From: Planctomycetota bacterium
GTDB taxonomy: Bacteria > Planctomycetota > SZUA-567 > H5-PLA8
Assembly (NCBI GenBank): GCA_038227875.1
Contig: JBBRPR010000029.1
Location: forward strand, 1-64,000
Direction of reading: 5' to 3'
DNA: 64,000 nucleotides
Below are positions 27,171 to 36,936 of this stretch, piece by piece. The translations under genes were made by a program, and so were the position numbers. Numbering within the stretch: the first letter of the stretch is position 1; each line of letters starts with the position of its first letter. The notes beneath the pieces are model-generated. The model ran no database searches. It was not told where the DNA came from and saw only the letters and a list, made by a program, of their open reading frames with translations.

Positions 27171-28931
27171 TTACGCCTGGGACTGCATCGCGAAACCACT
27201 GGCGTCGCCGGGGGCGCTGTATTCGTGCGGTCCGCGGTGGACTTCCGGCAGATGATCGCCGAAGTTGCCGTGCGGGGGAGGCGTCGACGTCGCCCATTCA
27301 AGCGTGCCGGCTTCCCACGGATTGTCCTCCGCTTTGCGGCCCCAGAACAGGGAGTAGATAAAGTTAAAGGCGAACAGTGCCTGCACCGCTCCGAAGGTGA
27401 ACACGGCGTGCGAAATGGTCTTGTTCCAGTGCAACACTGGCTTGAGGTATTCGTACTGCGAATAATCGCATGAGCGGCGCAGCATGCCGTGCGATCCCAG
27501 GTACATCATCACGCTGAAGATGAAGATCACCAGCAGTGTCGAGAGCACGCAGTGGACCTTGCCCAGCCAGCTGATCATGTCGCGGCCGAACATTTTCGGG
27601 AACCAATAGTAGATTCCTGCAAAGCCGCCGAGCAGCACGGACGCGGCCAGCGTCATGTGGAAGTGCCCGATCACGAAATACGTGTCGTGAAGATAAACGT
27701 CGAGAGTTTCAGCCGCGTTGAAGATGCCGGTCAGTCCTCCCAGCGAGAAGACGAAGACGACGCCCAGGCAGAAGAGCATTGGCGTGGTGAAGCGGATCGA
27801 TCCGCGCCAGAGCGTGCCGAGCCAATTCAGGAAGAAGACCGCCGACGGAATACTGACGAGCATGGTCAGTCCCATAAAGATCTTGCTCAGCTTCGGGGAC
27901 ATTCCGGCCGTGTACATGTGATGGCCCCAGACGATGCCGCTGACGGCCGTGATCGCCGCCATCGAGATCACTGTGGCCTTGTAGCCGAACGCCGGCTTGC
28001 GCGAGAAGACGGAGAGCAGATCAGAGACCAGACCCCAGATCGGCAGGATCAGAATGTAGACTTCCGGGTGTCCGAAGAACCAGAAGAGATGCTGGAAGAG
28101 CAGGGGAGTGCTGCCGCCGTCCGCGGCGTAAAAGTGGGTGCCAGCGACGCGGTCCATCAGGAGCAGAATCAGCGCGGCGGCGACGACAGGAATGAAGAGC
28201 AGGTTGAGCACGGCGCTGAAGAACAGGCCCCAGACGGTCAGGGGCAGCCGGCCGAGCGTCATGCCTTTGGTGCGCATTGCCAGGACCGTGGCGATGTAGT
28301 TGACCGCGCCCATCAGCGAGGACGACCCGATGAAGACCAGCGCGAGAATCCACATCGTCTGGCCCCAGCCCGGGGACATCAGCGGTCCGCTCAGCGGCGG
28401 GTAGGAGGTCCATCCGGCCATCGGCGCGCCGGTGGAAAGGAGCAGCGATGCGAGCAGGATGATGCCGCCGGTCACGTACGACCAGAACGACGCCATGTTC
28501 AGGGAAGGGATGGCCATGTCACGCGCGCCGACCTGCAGTGGAATGGCGAAGTTGCCGAACGTGCCGAAGACGATGGGCGTGACGGCCAGGAAGACCATGA
28601 TCGTGCCGTGGAGCGTAAAGAGCGTATTGTACGCGTTGAATTCGATCGCACCCGTCGGCCCGAAAAGCATTTTTCCGATCAGCGGCACCGGTTCGTGCGG
28701 CATGGCCAGTTGCCAGCGCAGGAGCATCGCCATGAATCCGCCGATGCAGAGAAAGAAGATTCCGCCAATCAGGTATTGAATGGCGATCACTTTGTGATCG
28801 AGCGAAAAGATGTATTTGGAAATGAACGATTGCGAATGTTCGCCGGCGTGGGCGTCGACATGCCTCGCCACGGGCGACTCATGAATTTCAGGTGCGGCGT
28901 TGATGTTCGCGTTGATGGGTATGCTATCCAC
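27171..28931 (-). CDS. ctaD: Cytochrome c oxidase subunit I, type A1
   Basis: DHKVI, LHGTIMVF, GARDMA, WFFGHPEVY, VWGHHM, HDTYFVIGHFH; GTG start with GAGGAG SD. Confidence 0.97.
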   Translation of the reverse strand: MDSIPINANINAAPEIHESPVARHVDAHAGEHSQSFISKYIFSLDHKVIAIQYLIGGIFFLCIGGFMAMLLRWQLAMPHEPVPLIGKMLFGPTGAIEFNAYNTLFTLHGTIMVFLAVTPIVFGTFGNFAIPLQVGARDMAIPSLNMASFWSYVTGGIILLASLLLSTGAPMAGWTSYPPLSGPLMSPGWGQTMWILALVFIGSSSLMGAVNYIATVLAMRTKGMTLGRLPLTVWGLFFSAVLNLLFIPVVAAALILLLMDRVAGTHFYAADGGSTPLLFQHLFWFFGHPEVYILILPIWGLVSDLLSVFSRKPAFGYKATVISMAAITAVSGIVWGHHMYTAGMSPKLSKIFMGLTMLVSIPSAVFFLNWLGTLWRGSIRFTTPMLFCLGVVFVFSLGGLTGIFNAAETLDVYLHDTYFVIGHFHMTLAASVLLGGFAGIYYWFPKMFGRDMISWLGKVHCVLSTLLVIFIFSVMMYLGSHGMLRRSCDYSQYEYLKPVLHWNKTISHAVFTFGAVQALFAFNFIYSLFWGRKAEDNPWEAGTLEWATSTPPPHGNFGDHLPEVHRGPHEYSAPGDASGFAMQSQA

Positions 28932-28983
28932 GGCTTCTCCTCGATTTCGTGTTCCCGGTTGGGCAGTTCCGACCACGGTCTTG

Positions 28984-29832
28984 CTACGGCGCGTGGTCCT
29001 TCAGCCATTCCTCGTACTCTTTCTGTTCGCGCACCAGCAGGCGCGCGTGCATCTGCGAGTGCATCATTCCGCAGAGCTGCGCGCAGGCGACGTCGTAGTC
29101 GCCGACTTTCGTCGCCTGGAACCAGCACTGAGTTTTCATGCCCGGAACGGCGTCCTGCTTGATGCGGAAATTCGGCAGGAAGAAGCTGTGAATCACATCC
29201 TTGGCTCGGATTTCCAGGATCACAGGCGTGTTCACCGGCACGCAGAAGGAGGCTTCGGTCGTGACGTCGTCCTTCGCGTCAGGATCGGCCTTGGGATCCA
29301 GTCCGAAGAAATTCTCGGTGCTGTCCTTCTTCAGATCGATCTTGCCGAACTTTCCGTCGGGGCCGGCGTACTGGAAGCGCCAGTTGAACTGTTGCGCCAG
29401 CACGTGAATGTGAATCGCGGTGGCGTCGTCGGGATACGTTTGCGTCTCTTTTGCCGCCGCGTTGCTCATGCGGACGACGTTCATGTCGATGCAGGTGAAG
29501 ACCATCATCGCCAGAAACAGCGTCAGCGCCGTGGAACTCCAACTGTTGCCATGCGTGTAGTACGCCTTCTGGCCATCCTTGTGCCGGTAGCGGACGCACA
29601 TATACAGCACCGCCAGGACCACGATGGCGAACGCCGTTCCCGTCGTCATGATCAGGTAGTAGTACAGCTTGTCGACGCTGGGCCCATAGCTGGAGACCGA
29701 TTCGGGGAGCATCCAGCGCAGCGAGTCGGCGACGTCCGCGCGCGCCGGCCACGTCAGGAAACTCTGCGCCCCCGCGGCGAGCCAGGCGCACGTCTTGATT
29801 TGCTTCGAACTGTGAAACGGTGTCGTCATCAT
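28984..29832 (-). CDS. ctaC: Cytochrome c oxidase subunit II
   Basis: AQQFNW, DVIHSF, DAVPG, CAQLCGMMHSQM CuA site. Confidence 0.95.
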   Translation of the reverse strand: MMTTPFHSSKQIKTCAWLAAGAQSFLTWPARADVADSLRWMLPESVSSYGPSVDKLYYYLIMTTGTAFAIVVLAVLYMCVRYRHKDGQKAYYTHGNSWSSTALTLFLAMMVFTCIDMNVVRMSNAAAKETQTYPDDATAIHIHVLAQQFNWRFQYAGPDGKFGKIDLKKDSTENFFGLDPKADPDAKDDVTTEASFCVPVNTPVILEIRAKDVIHSFFLPNFRIKQDAVPGMKTQCWFQATKVGDYDVACAQLCGMMHSQMHARLLVREQKEYEEWLKDHAP

Positions 29833-29836
29833 GTCC

Positions 29837-30145
29837 TCATTTCCAATGAATCAGTAGATCGGGCATCAGGCCAAAAATCAGCACCGCCGCCAGGAACAGC
29901 GGAATGCCGAACATCGTCAGCAGGAACCAGCGTTCGTATTTCAAATGCATGAAATACAGCGCCACCAACGACGCCTTGACGAAGGCCACGGCCATTGCAA
30001 TCGCCGTGTTGCCTGAGCTGCCCAGGTCGATCCGCGAGATCGTTACGGTTACGACCGTCAGCACCATCAGCGTGGCAAAGATGCCGATGTAATTGGGCTT
30101 GGGATGTTCAATCGGTACGGCGTCCATGTCAGTCTCCGAAACCAT
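29837..30145 (-). CDS. ctaF: Cytochrome c oxidase subunit IV
   Basis: YIGIFATLMVLT, VKASLVALYFMHLKYE. Confidence 0.9.
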   Translation of the reverse strand: MVSETDMDAVPIEHPKPNYIGIFATLMVLTVVTVTISRIDLGSSGNTAIAMAVAFVKASLVALYFMHLKYERWFLLTMFGIPLFLAAVLIFGLMPDLLIHWK

Positions 30146-30149
30146 TCAC

Positions 30150-30743
30150 TTAGAGCAGGTACAACAGCGGGAAGAGGAAAATCCAGACCAGGTCGACGAA
30201 GTGCCAGTAAAGCCCCACCAGTTCCATGGACTCGTAGTTCGATTGTCCGCGCGCCGCCTTGCGCCACATGCGGAAGAGCACGATCACTCCGGCGATGATG
30301 TGCAAACCGTGGCAGCCCGTGAGCGTGAAATACGCGCCGAAAAACAGGCTCGTGCTGGGGAGAATGCCGTGTTCGACTTTTGCGTAGTATTCGAAGCTCT
30401 TGATCACCAGGAACAGCACCGCCAGCAGCAGCGTGATGAGAACGTTCCGCGCCACGGCGCGGTGGTCTTTCTTCTCTGACGCCGCGACCGCCAGCGCCAT
30501 GGTCAGGCTGCTGCTGATCAGGACGACAGTGTTGAACGCGGCCAGTTGCCAGTTCAGGTGACCGGCTTCCTCGTGGAAGACTTCGGGGTGCGCGAACTTC
30601 AGGACGATGAAGCTGCCCAGCAGTCCGGTAAAGAACATGACTTCGGAAGCCAGGAACAACCACATTCCCAGCTTGACCGGCGACACGCCCATGAACGGAA
30701 TTGACCCATCGGTTGAGGCGTGTGAGGTGTTGGCGCTGCTCAT
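30150..30743 (-). CDS. ctaE: Cytochrome c oxidase subunit III
   Basis: GMWLFLASEVMFF, NTVVLISSS, TGCHGLH, GLYWHFVDLVW. Confidence 0.95.
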   Translation of the reverse strand: MSSANTSHASTDGSIPFMGVSPVKLGMWLFLASEVMFFTGLLGSFIVLKFAHPEVFHEEAGHLNWQLAAFNTVVLISSSLTMALAVAASEKKDHRAVARNVLITLLLAVLFLVIKSFEYYAKVEHGILPSTSLFFGAYFTLTGCHGLHIIAGVIVLFRMWRKAARGQSNYESMELVGLYWHFVDLVWIFLFPLLYLL

Positions 30744-31024
30744 GATTTCTCTGTTCCCTCAGGTGTGGCCGCCACATTGTCTGCCGTAGCGAGGCGTTGC
30801 TTGCGGTTGGAGTAGAAGAGTAGCCCGGTGATTCCGCTTACGGCCAGGAACGGCATCGATGTCATCGCGATGTAGCTCCAGAAGTAGCCGTCCCGCAAGC
30901 GTTCGCTGGCGAGCGGGTCGTCACTGTCGACGTGTCCGTTCTTGCAGTTGGGGCATGCGTGCGCGAGTGAGGCGCTGAGCGCGAGTACACACAAGGACAG
31001 GATTAAAACTCGCAGTCGTCGCAT
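30740..31024 (-). CDS. Small membrane protein with signal peptide and CPxC motif, first gene of the cox operon
   Basis: AHA-CPNC after a hydrophobic leader; C-terminal TM; 4-nt overlap with subunit III. Confidence 0.75.
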   Translation of the reverse strand: MRRLRVLILSLCVLALSASLAHACPNCKNGHVDSDDPLASERLRDGYFWSYIAMTSMPFLAVSGITGLLFYSNRKQRLATADNVAATPEGTEKS

Positions 31025-31072
31025 CGTTGGCATCCATTCCCAAAACCGCAAAACCTCTTACGCAACACACTT

Positions 31073-31088
31073 TGCATGCCGCATGCCG
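31073..31088 (-). promoter_or_regulatory. Candidate sigma54 promoter for the cox operon
   Basis: CGGCATGCGGCATGCA = GG-N10-GC on the minus strand. Confidence 0.35.
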
Positions 31089-31241
31089 CACCAGAGGTGT
31101 TCGCAGGATTTTTGGTAAGTGCCGTTACGGACTTAATTAATGAGATTCAACGTGCGTGGTTCACGGGCGCGTCGGTTCGCAGCGCTGCAACAGCCGAATG
31201 CGAATCTGAGAATTTTGATTGATTTAGACCGTTAGATCAGG

Positions 31242-31263
31242 TATTTCTGTAGTAACTGAAATA
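31242..31263. promoter_or_regulatory. Palindromic operator upstream of the DUF805/SRPBCC gene
   Basis: TATTTCTGT-AGTA-ACTGAAATA, 8/9 inverted repeat overlapping a likely -10 region. Confidence 0.55.
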
Positions 31264-31279
31264 GAAGAAGGACGGGGCT

Positions 31280-32671
31280 ATGGCGATCCACTTTTCAGAC
31301 ATCTACCGCCGCGACGGCACACTCGACCGCGAACCTTTTACGCTCTGGGGCCTCGCTCTGTTTCTGCTGAAAAGCCAGCTTGATCGGCTTATCGCTTACC
31401 GCATCTTCCACCGCCCGTGGTCGTTCTGGGGCTACCTTGTTCCCGGCGAAAGTCAGTCGATCAATGGCGTTCCCAAAAGCGCGCAAGCTTTTTATCTGAC
31501 GCTCGTGGCCATTGCGCTGCCGTTTGTTTACATCGGCATCGTGATGACCGTGCGCCGGCTGCGCTCCACGGTACTGTCCGTCTGGCTGGTGGTCTTCTTT
31601 TTCGTGCCGGTGGTGAATCTGGTTTTCTTCCTGCTGCTGTGCGTCCTTCCGGCGCTCGATCCGGCGACACCGGAAGAGGCCGTCCGCGAAGCCCGCCGCC
31701 GGCCGCTGCTCGATTACCTCATTCCCGACAGCACGCTCGGCAGCGCCTTCGCCGGCGTCGTGACGACGGTGGCCCTGAGCGTCGTTGGCACGCTCGTCGC
31801 CACGGAATTACTTCACGGTTACGGCTGGGGATTATTCATCGGACTGCCGTTCTGTCTGGGACTCACGACGACCTTGATCTACGGCTACCACGCCCGCCGC
31901 TCGCTGGGTGAATGCGTCGCCGTCTCCTTGCTGGCGCTCGCGATTTCGGGAACCGGGTTGCTCTTCTTCGCGATGGAAGGACTCGGCTGCCTGGTGATGG
32001 CCGCGCCGCTGGCCGTGCCACTGGTGATTCTCGGCGCGGTCGTGGGCTGCAGTCTTCAACCGATGCGCAGCCGGCAGACGGATCTGGCTATCGTCACCAT
32101 TCTGCTCTTCACGCCCGGCTACATGACGGCCGAACATTTGAAAGAGGCCCAGCCGCCCACCTTGCAGGTCGTCTCTTCTGTGGAGATCGATGCGCCTCCG
32201 GAGAAAGTCTGGAAGCAGGTGATTGGCTTTACGCCACTGCCGCCGCCTCAGGAATTCCTCTTCCGCGCCGGCATCGCGTACCCGATGCACGCGACGATCA
32301 CCGGACATGGCCCGGGTGCCGTGCGGCGCTGCGTGTTCTCGACCGGGCCGTTCGTGGAACCGATCAAAATCTGGGATGAGCCGCGTCTCTTGAAGTTCGA
32401 CGTCACGGAAAATCCGGCGCCCATGCAGGAGTGGACGATCTACTCCGCCATTCACCCGACGCACCTGCATGGATTTCTCGTCTCCAGCGGCGGCCAGTTT
32501 CTGCTCACGCCGCTTCCCGGCAATCGCACGCGCCTGGAAGGCACGACCTGGTACCGCCATTCGATGTGGCCGGTCGAATACTGGCGGATCTGGTCCGACT
32601 ACATCATCCACCGCATTCACATGCGCGTACTGGACCACGTGAAGGTTCAGTCCGAAGCGCAAGACGACTAA
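31280..32671 (+). CDS. DUF805-like membrane protein with C-terminal SRPBCC domain
   Basis: TVRRLR..FFVPVVNL (DUF805-like); MEGLGCLVMAAP; VEIDAPPEKVW SRPBCC start. Confidence 0.85.
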   Translation: MAIHFSDIYRRDGTLDREPFTLWGLALFLLKSQLDRLIAYRIFHRPWSFWGYLVPGESQSINGVPKSAQAFYLTLVAIALPFVYIGIVMTVRRLRSTVLSVWLVVFFFVPVVNLVFFLLLCVLPALDPATPEEAVREARRRPLLDYLIPDSTLGSAFAGVVTTVALSVVGTLVATELLHGYGWGLFIGLPFCLGLTTTLIYGYHARRSLGECVAVSLLALAISGTGLLFFAMEGLGCLVMAAPLAVPLVILGAVVGCSLQPMRSRQTDLAIVTILLFTPGYMTAEHLKEAQPPTLQVVSSVEIDAPPEKVWKQVIGFTPLPPPQEFLFRAGIAYPMHATITGHGPGAVRRCVFSTGPFVEPIKIWDEPRLLKFDVTENPAPMQEWTIYSAIHPTHLHGFLVSSGGQFLLTPLPGNRTRLEGTTWYRHSMWPVEYWRIWSDYIIHRIHMRVLDHVKVQSEAQDD

Positions 32672-32687
32672 GAAAGAGAGGTGTTCG

Positions 32688-33209
32688 ATGAAAAGTTCAC
32701 CCGCAACGCTCGCCGTGTGGATTCTGCTCTCGTTCTACTTTCTGTACCTGCTGTTCATCTGCCGCAATGAACTGCAGAAACTGCGCAGCACCGGCCGGCC
32801 CTTGAACTACGGCATCGTGGATATCTGGGCGTCGATTCTCGGTCTGACGCCGACGCTGCTGCTGGTGGGCAATCTTTTCACCGAACGGAGCTCTGGTCTG
32901 GACGCGTATTTGTTCGCGATTTTCTTTGCCTGCGCGCAGCTCGTGGGCATGTTCGTGGCGCGCGTCGACCATGTGCTCGACACGCCGCCGGGTCAGCACG
33001 GCGTGCTGGCGTCCGCGGGCTACATTCTGTTCGGCGCGTTTCTGTACGCGATTTTCCTGATGGTTGGCTTCGCCGTCGCGTTTGTGCTGTTGCCTGCGAG
33101 CGTCGCGTATCTGGTGTGCTATGGCTACGGAAACGTGGAAACGCCGCGGAAGCGGAAGGCCACTACTTTCCGCGCAGACGCCGCGCGTGCTGTTCCACCA
33201 GTGCTTTAA
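32688..33209 (+). CDS. Hypothetical membrane protein
   Basis: GAGGTG SD; about four hydrophobic helices; 47-nt convergent overlap with next gene. Confidence 0.65.
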   Translation: MKSSPATLAVWILLSFYFLYLLFICRNELQKLRSTGRPLNYGIVDIWASILGLTPTLLLVGNLFTERSSGLDAYLFAIFFACAQLVGMFVARVDHVLDTPPGQHGVLASAGYILFGAFLYAIFLMVGFAVAFVLLPASVAYLVCYGYGNVETPRKRKATTFRADAARAVPPVL

Positions 33210-34659
33210 ATTCCGGATCGTTGCGGTACGGATCCAGATCCACGTCCTGATCGATCCATTCCAGAATTTGCGTGCTCTTCGATTCCTCGAGCGCGTGTTT
33301 GAACTCACGGTAAAACTCGTCGCGCTGCTTGCTCACGGCGTAGAACCATGCGTTCATGATGTTGAAGAACTGCACGTCCGCCACCGGCCTCTCGATTTTT
33401 GCGAAGCGAGCCAAACCTTCTTCGCGCTGGCCGTTGAGAACCAGGTACCCGGCTTCGAGCATCTGTAGATTCCAGCTCTCCGGATTGATCTTCAATGCTT
33501 CACGCGCGGCCTTCAAGGCGTCGGGAAGCCGGCCGTCGTTCTTCTGAAGAATGGCGAGGTTATACAGGTAGCTCGCCAGCGATGGATCGCCGGGCTTGAT
33601 CAGCACCACGGCCAGTTCCATGTAGCGGACCGCGCCGCGGTAGTCTTTCAACGCGCGCATGCAGAACGCCAGCCCCGAGAGCACGTGCGCCATGCTTGTC
33701 TTGGGCGCGCGCTGATACGCTGCCAGCAGCAGCACGCGCTCCTGCTCGTGATCACCGCGTCCCGCGGCGTCGGCGGCGAGATGAAGCAGCGCATTCGTCG
33801 CCACCGTCGGCGGCGGCGCGGGCGTCGCTTTCAGCAGTGCTTCGACCTTCGTCCGCGCTTCCGAGCGCTGCCCGGTCAGGTCGGCCATGATTTGATAGCG
33901 CTCGAGCGCCAGATCGGAGCGGTACGGCGCGAGCTTCTCGGCCTGCTGCCACAATTCCAGCGCGTCGGTCAGCTTGTTCTCACCGATGCGGTGCCGTGCC
34001 GCGACGATCGTCAATTCCGCGAGAAAGGCGCTTTCGTCGAGCGACGTACACCAGCGCAGCCGGGTTATGTCTTCCGGCATGGCCTCCTCCATTTCGAGGT
34101 AGTACGCGTCGGTAAGTTGCTGGCCCTTGCTTGTAGTCTCGATGTTGATCTTCGTCGTGCCATCGTCCCAACGCGCGAAGGCGTGCCCTGGCACGAGCAC
34201 CATCTTGATCGGCAGTTTCAGGGCATCGCCAATGAGTACGTACAGTGTCGAGGTCGATAGACAGTTTCCTTTCGTACGCAGCAAACATGCGGCGAGCGTT
34301 GCGTCGCGCCAGTATTTGTTCGAGAGATACGAGACCGAACGGTCGTGGAGCAACACCTTGTTCAGCGCAGCGACTTTCTTCTGCGGCGTGTCAGCGGCCG
34401 CGACAAGAAGTGCCGCTTTGTCGACCAGTTCCTTGAATACCTTGCGCATGCCGCCGGCATCGAGTTCCGGCTCTTCGATCTTGTTCAATTCGAGCACCCG
34501 ATCGAAGAGCGGCTGCGCAGGCGTTGCGGCAGTGGACGTTTCCGGGGTCGCAACCGGCGCGAGGGGTGGGGTCGTGACGCTTTCTTCGGCGACGATTGGG
34601 AGCGTGACAAGCGCTGCAAGTACCACCCATCGCAAAACGTTGAAACGCAGACGCGACAT
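33163..34659 (-). CDS. Secreted transglutaminase-like (Transglut_core2/SirB1-like) + TPR protein
   Basis: GNCLSTSTLY, PGHAFARW, INIE; C-terminal TPRs. Confidence 0.8.
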   Translation of the reverse strand: MSRLRFNVLRWVVLAALVTLPIVAEESVTTPPLAPVATPETSTAATPAQPLFDRVLELNKIEEPELDAGGMRKVFKELVDKAALLVAAADTPQKKVAALNKVLLHDRSVSYLSNKYWRDATLAACLLRTKGNCLSTSTLYVLIGDALKLPIKMVLVPGHAFARWDDGTTKINIETTSKGQQLTDAYYLEMEEAMPEDITRLRWCTSLDESAFLAELTIVAARHRIGENKLTDALELWQQAEKLAPYRSDLALERYQIMADLTGQRSEARTKVEALLKATPAPPPTVATNALLHLAADAAGRGDHEQERVLLLAAYQRAPKTSMAHVLSGLAFCMRALKDYRGAVRYMELAVVLIKPGDPSLASYLYNLAILQKNDGRLPDALKAAREALKINPESWNLQMLEAGYLVLNGQREEGLARFAKIERPVADVQFFNIMNAWFYAVSKQRDEFYREFKHALEESKSTQILEWIDQDVDLDPYRNDPEFKALVEQHARRLRGK

Positions 34660-34672
34660 CGAAAACTCTCCG

Positions 34673-36526
34673 TCAACCTTTAAACATCTGGCCCCAGCGC
34701 CGTCCCAGGAATGTACCCGCGGCGAGGAGCGAAAACGTGAGAAAAATCAACGCGATCAAGCCCAGCGCAGAAGCGAGCTGATCGCCGTTGCCGGGATTGC
34801 CGAAAAGAATGTAGATCGCTTTCGTCAGCGGGAAGTCTTCGGGCTTCGTCGCGAGCACGATCGAGTCGGAAACTTCCAGCATCGCAAACGAGAAGGCGAG
34901 AATGCCCCCGGCGACGACGTTGGCCAGGATCAGCGGAAACGTGATTTTGCGCAGCACCGCGCCGGGTGTCGCGCCGAGGCTGTTGGCGGCCTCCTCCAAA
35001 TTTCGCGGCGTCTGTTCCAGTCCCGCCACGCACGATCGCGTGGTGTACGGCAGGCGCCGGATGGCGTAGCTCAAGATCAGAAAATACCCGACGCCAATCG
35101 TGAACGTGCCGCCGAACCAATGTTGCGGCGAGCTGTAAATTCCTGCGTACGCGCCGACATAGCCAAACGCGAGCACCAAGCCCGGCACCGCCAGGGGCGC
35201 GAGCGACAAGCCGTCGACGACGCGCCCGATCCACCCGCCGCGCCGCACGATCTCCCACGCGCACGCCAAGCCCAGAAAGATGTCGAGCACCGTGCTGACC
35301 AGCGCGTAAAGCAGACTGTTGCGCATGCCCAGTCCTGCGACAGGATTGGCGAGCGCCTCGCTAATGTTGTCGGTTGTGTAGCTCGGTGGCAACGGCGTCA
35401 TGAACCAGCTTTTGCCCAGCGCCGCGAGCACCACCGACAGATGCGGCAACAGCGCCGCCGCGATCACTGCGACGTGAACCCCGATCGCGAAGATCAGCAG
35501 TGCCCCGGAGATCCGGTTGGCCGCCGCGCGTGTCTGGCCTTTTACGCCACCGGATTCGACTCCCGATCCGACGCTCCACCGCGTCAGTGCAAAGAGCCCG
35601 AGCACCAGCGCCGTAATCACCGCCACCAGCGCGGGAGCCGCCGGGTTGTTGACCTGATCGTTGGCCAGTGCGTAAATCTGACGCGCGATGGTTTCCTGGT
35701 AGCCAAAAATCAGCGGCGTGCCCAGGTCCGTGAACGCACCGATGAACACCAGGCTTCCGCCGGCAATCAATCCCGGCTTGGAAAGCGGCAGGATCACGCG
35801 CCGGAAAATCTGGCGATTGGTCAGTCCCAGGCTCCGCGCCGACTCGATCAAGCTCGGATCGATGTTCGAAATCGCCGCGACGAGATTCAAATACAGCAGC
35901 GGGTAGAAATGAAGTGTCATCACCAGCACGCAACCCAGCAACCGGTGTTCATAGAGAAAATCGATCGGGTGCGCATTGCTGACCAGACCCAACCTCATCA
36001 AAATCAAATTGAACGTGCCGTATTTCGACAGCATCCGGCGTAGCCCGATCGCGCCGACAAACGGCGGCATGACCAGCGGCACGAGCAACAATCCGCCGAG
36101 CAGGCCTTGGTACTTGAACGTCGTCCGCGCCTGAAGATAGGCGAGGGGATAGGCCACGAACGCCGACGCCAGCGTCACTCCGCCGGCCAGCAGCAGGCTG
36201 TTGATAATCCAGCGCCACTGCGGCGCGTTGGGATCGAAGACGCGCAGCACGTGCCGGAACGTCCACGCGTCGCCGTAGATCACCGGCGAGCCTTCCGCGG
36301 GATCCTTCGCGTCATCGGCCACTTGATTGCGTTTTCGCAACGCCTTTTCCGACACGTTTGTCCGCGCCGCGATGCTGGCCCACGTCTCTCCCTTTAGTAC
36401 GGTGGTGGGGAGAGGCTCACGTACGGCTTCGATCAAGGCGTCGGAAAGCGGATAGACCAGCGCAAAGAAAAAGAACACCGCGACCATGCCGGTGATCAAC
36501 AGGTACCCGTAATTCTTGGCGCGCAC
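34673..36526 (-). CDS. Iron(III)-type ABC transporter permease (FbpB-like, two BPD_transp_1 halves) with LysM-like insertion
   Basis: Two EAA motifs (LIESARSLGL, LEEAANSLGA); PLVMPPFVGA; DLGTPLI; insert TVLKGETWASIAARTNVSEKALRKRNQ. Confidence 0.9.
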   Translation of the reverse strand: MRAKNYGYLLITGMVAVFFFFALVYPLSDALIEAVREPLPTTVLKGETWASIAARTNVSEKALRKRNQVADDAKDPAEGSPVIYGDAWTFRHVLRVFDPNAPQWRWIINSLLLAGGVTLASAFVAYPLAYLQARTTFKYQGLLGGLLLVPLVMPPFVGAIGLRRMLSKYGTFNLILMRLGLVSNAHPIDFLYEHRLLGCVLVMTLHFYPLLYLNLVAAISNIDPSLIESARSLGLTNRQIFRRVILPLSKPGLIAGGSLVFIGAFTDLGTPLIFGYQETIARQIYALANDQVNNPAAPALVAVITALVLGLFALTRWSVGSGVESGGVKGQTRAAANRISGALLIFAIGVHVAVIAAALLPHLSVVLAALGKSWFMTPLPPSYTTDNISEALANPVAGLGMRNSLLYALVSTVLDIFLGLACAWEIVRRGGWIGRVVDGLSLAPLAVPGLVLAFGYVGAYAGIYSSPQHWFGGTFTIGVGYFLILSYAIRRLPYTTRSCVAGLEQTPRNLEEAANSLGATPGAVLRKITFPLILANVVAGGILAFSFAMLEVSDSIVLATKPEDFPLTKAIYILFGNPGNGDQLASALGLIALIFLTFSLLAAGTFLGRRWGQMFKG

Positions 36527-36936
36527 GAGGCATCTCGAAGAGAGTTTGGGAAGACTCGGTCATGCTAATCGCCGAACCCGGCGCGCCAAGTGCAACGGAA
36601 CGGAACCCCATGGGATCGGAGATTAGGCTTCGGGCATTGGAGCGAAAACGTACATTATAAAGGGGCGTGACCGGCGGAACCGCATACCTTTGTGCCCAAA
36701 GGTTCCATGCGTAGTGCAAACGAACTGACCGATGATACCGAGCCCGATCCCGTCCGTTCGTCGTCCTTTCAACTCCATACCGTGCATAACTTTGTGCACA
36801 TAACACTGGGTTTGTTATATTTTGGGTTGTTTTTTGGGCGGCGTTCAGTTATTAAATGCCGCTTCGATAAGGCTTCAAGGAGTCCTGGTGAATTGGTCGA
36901 TAACATTCACGTAAAGTCTTGTTTGATAAAGAATTC

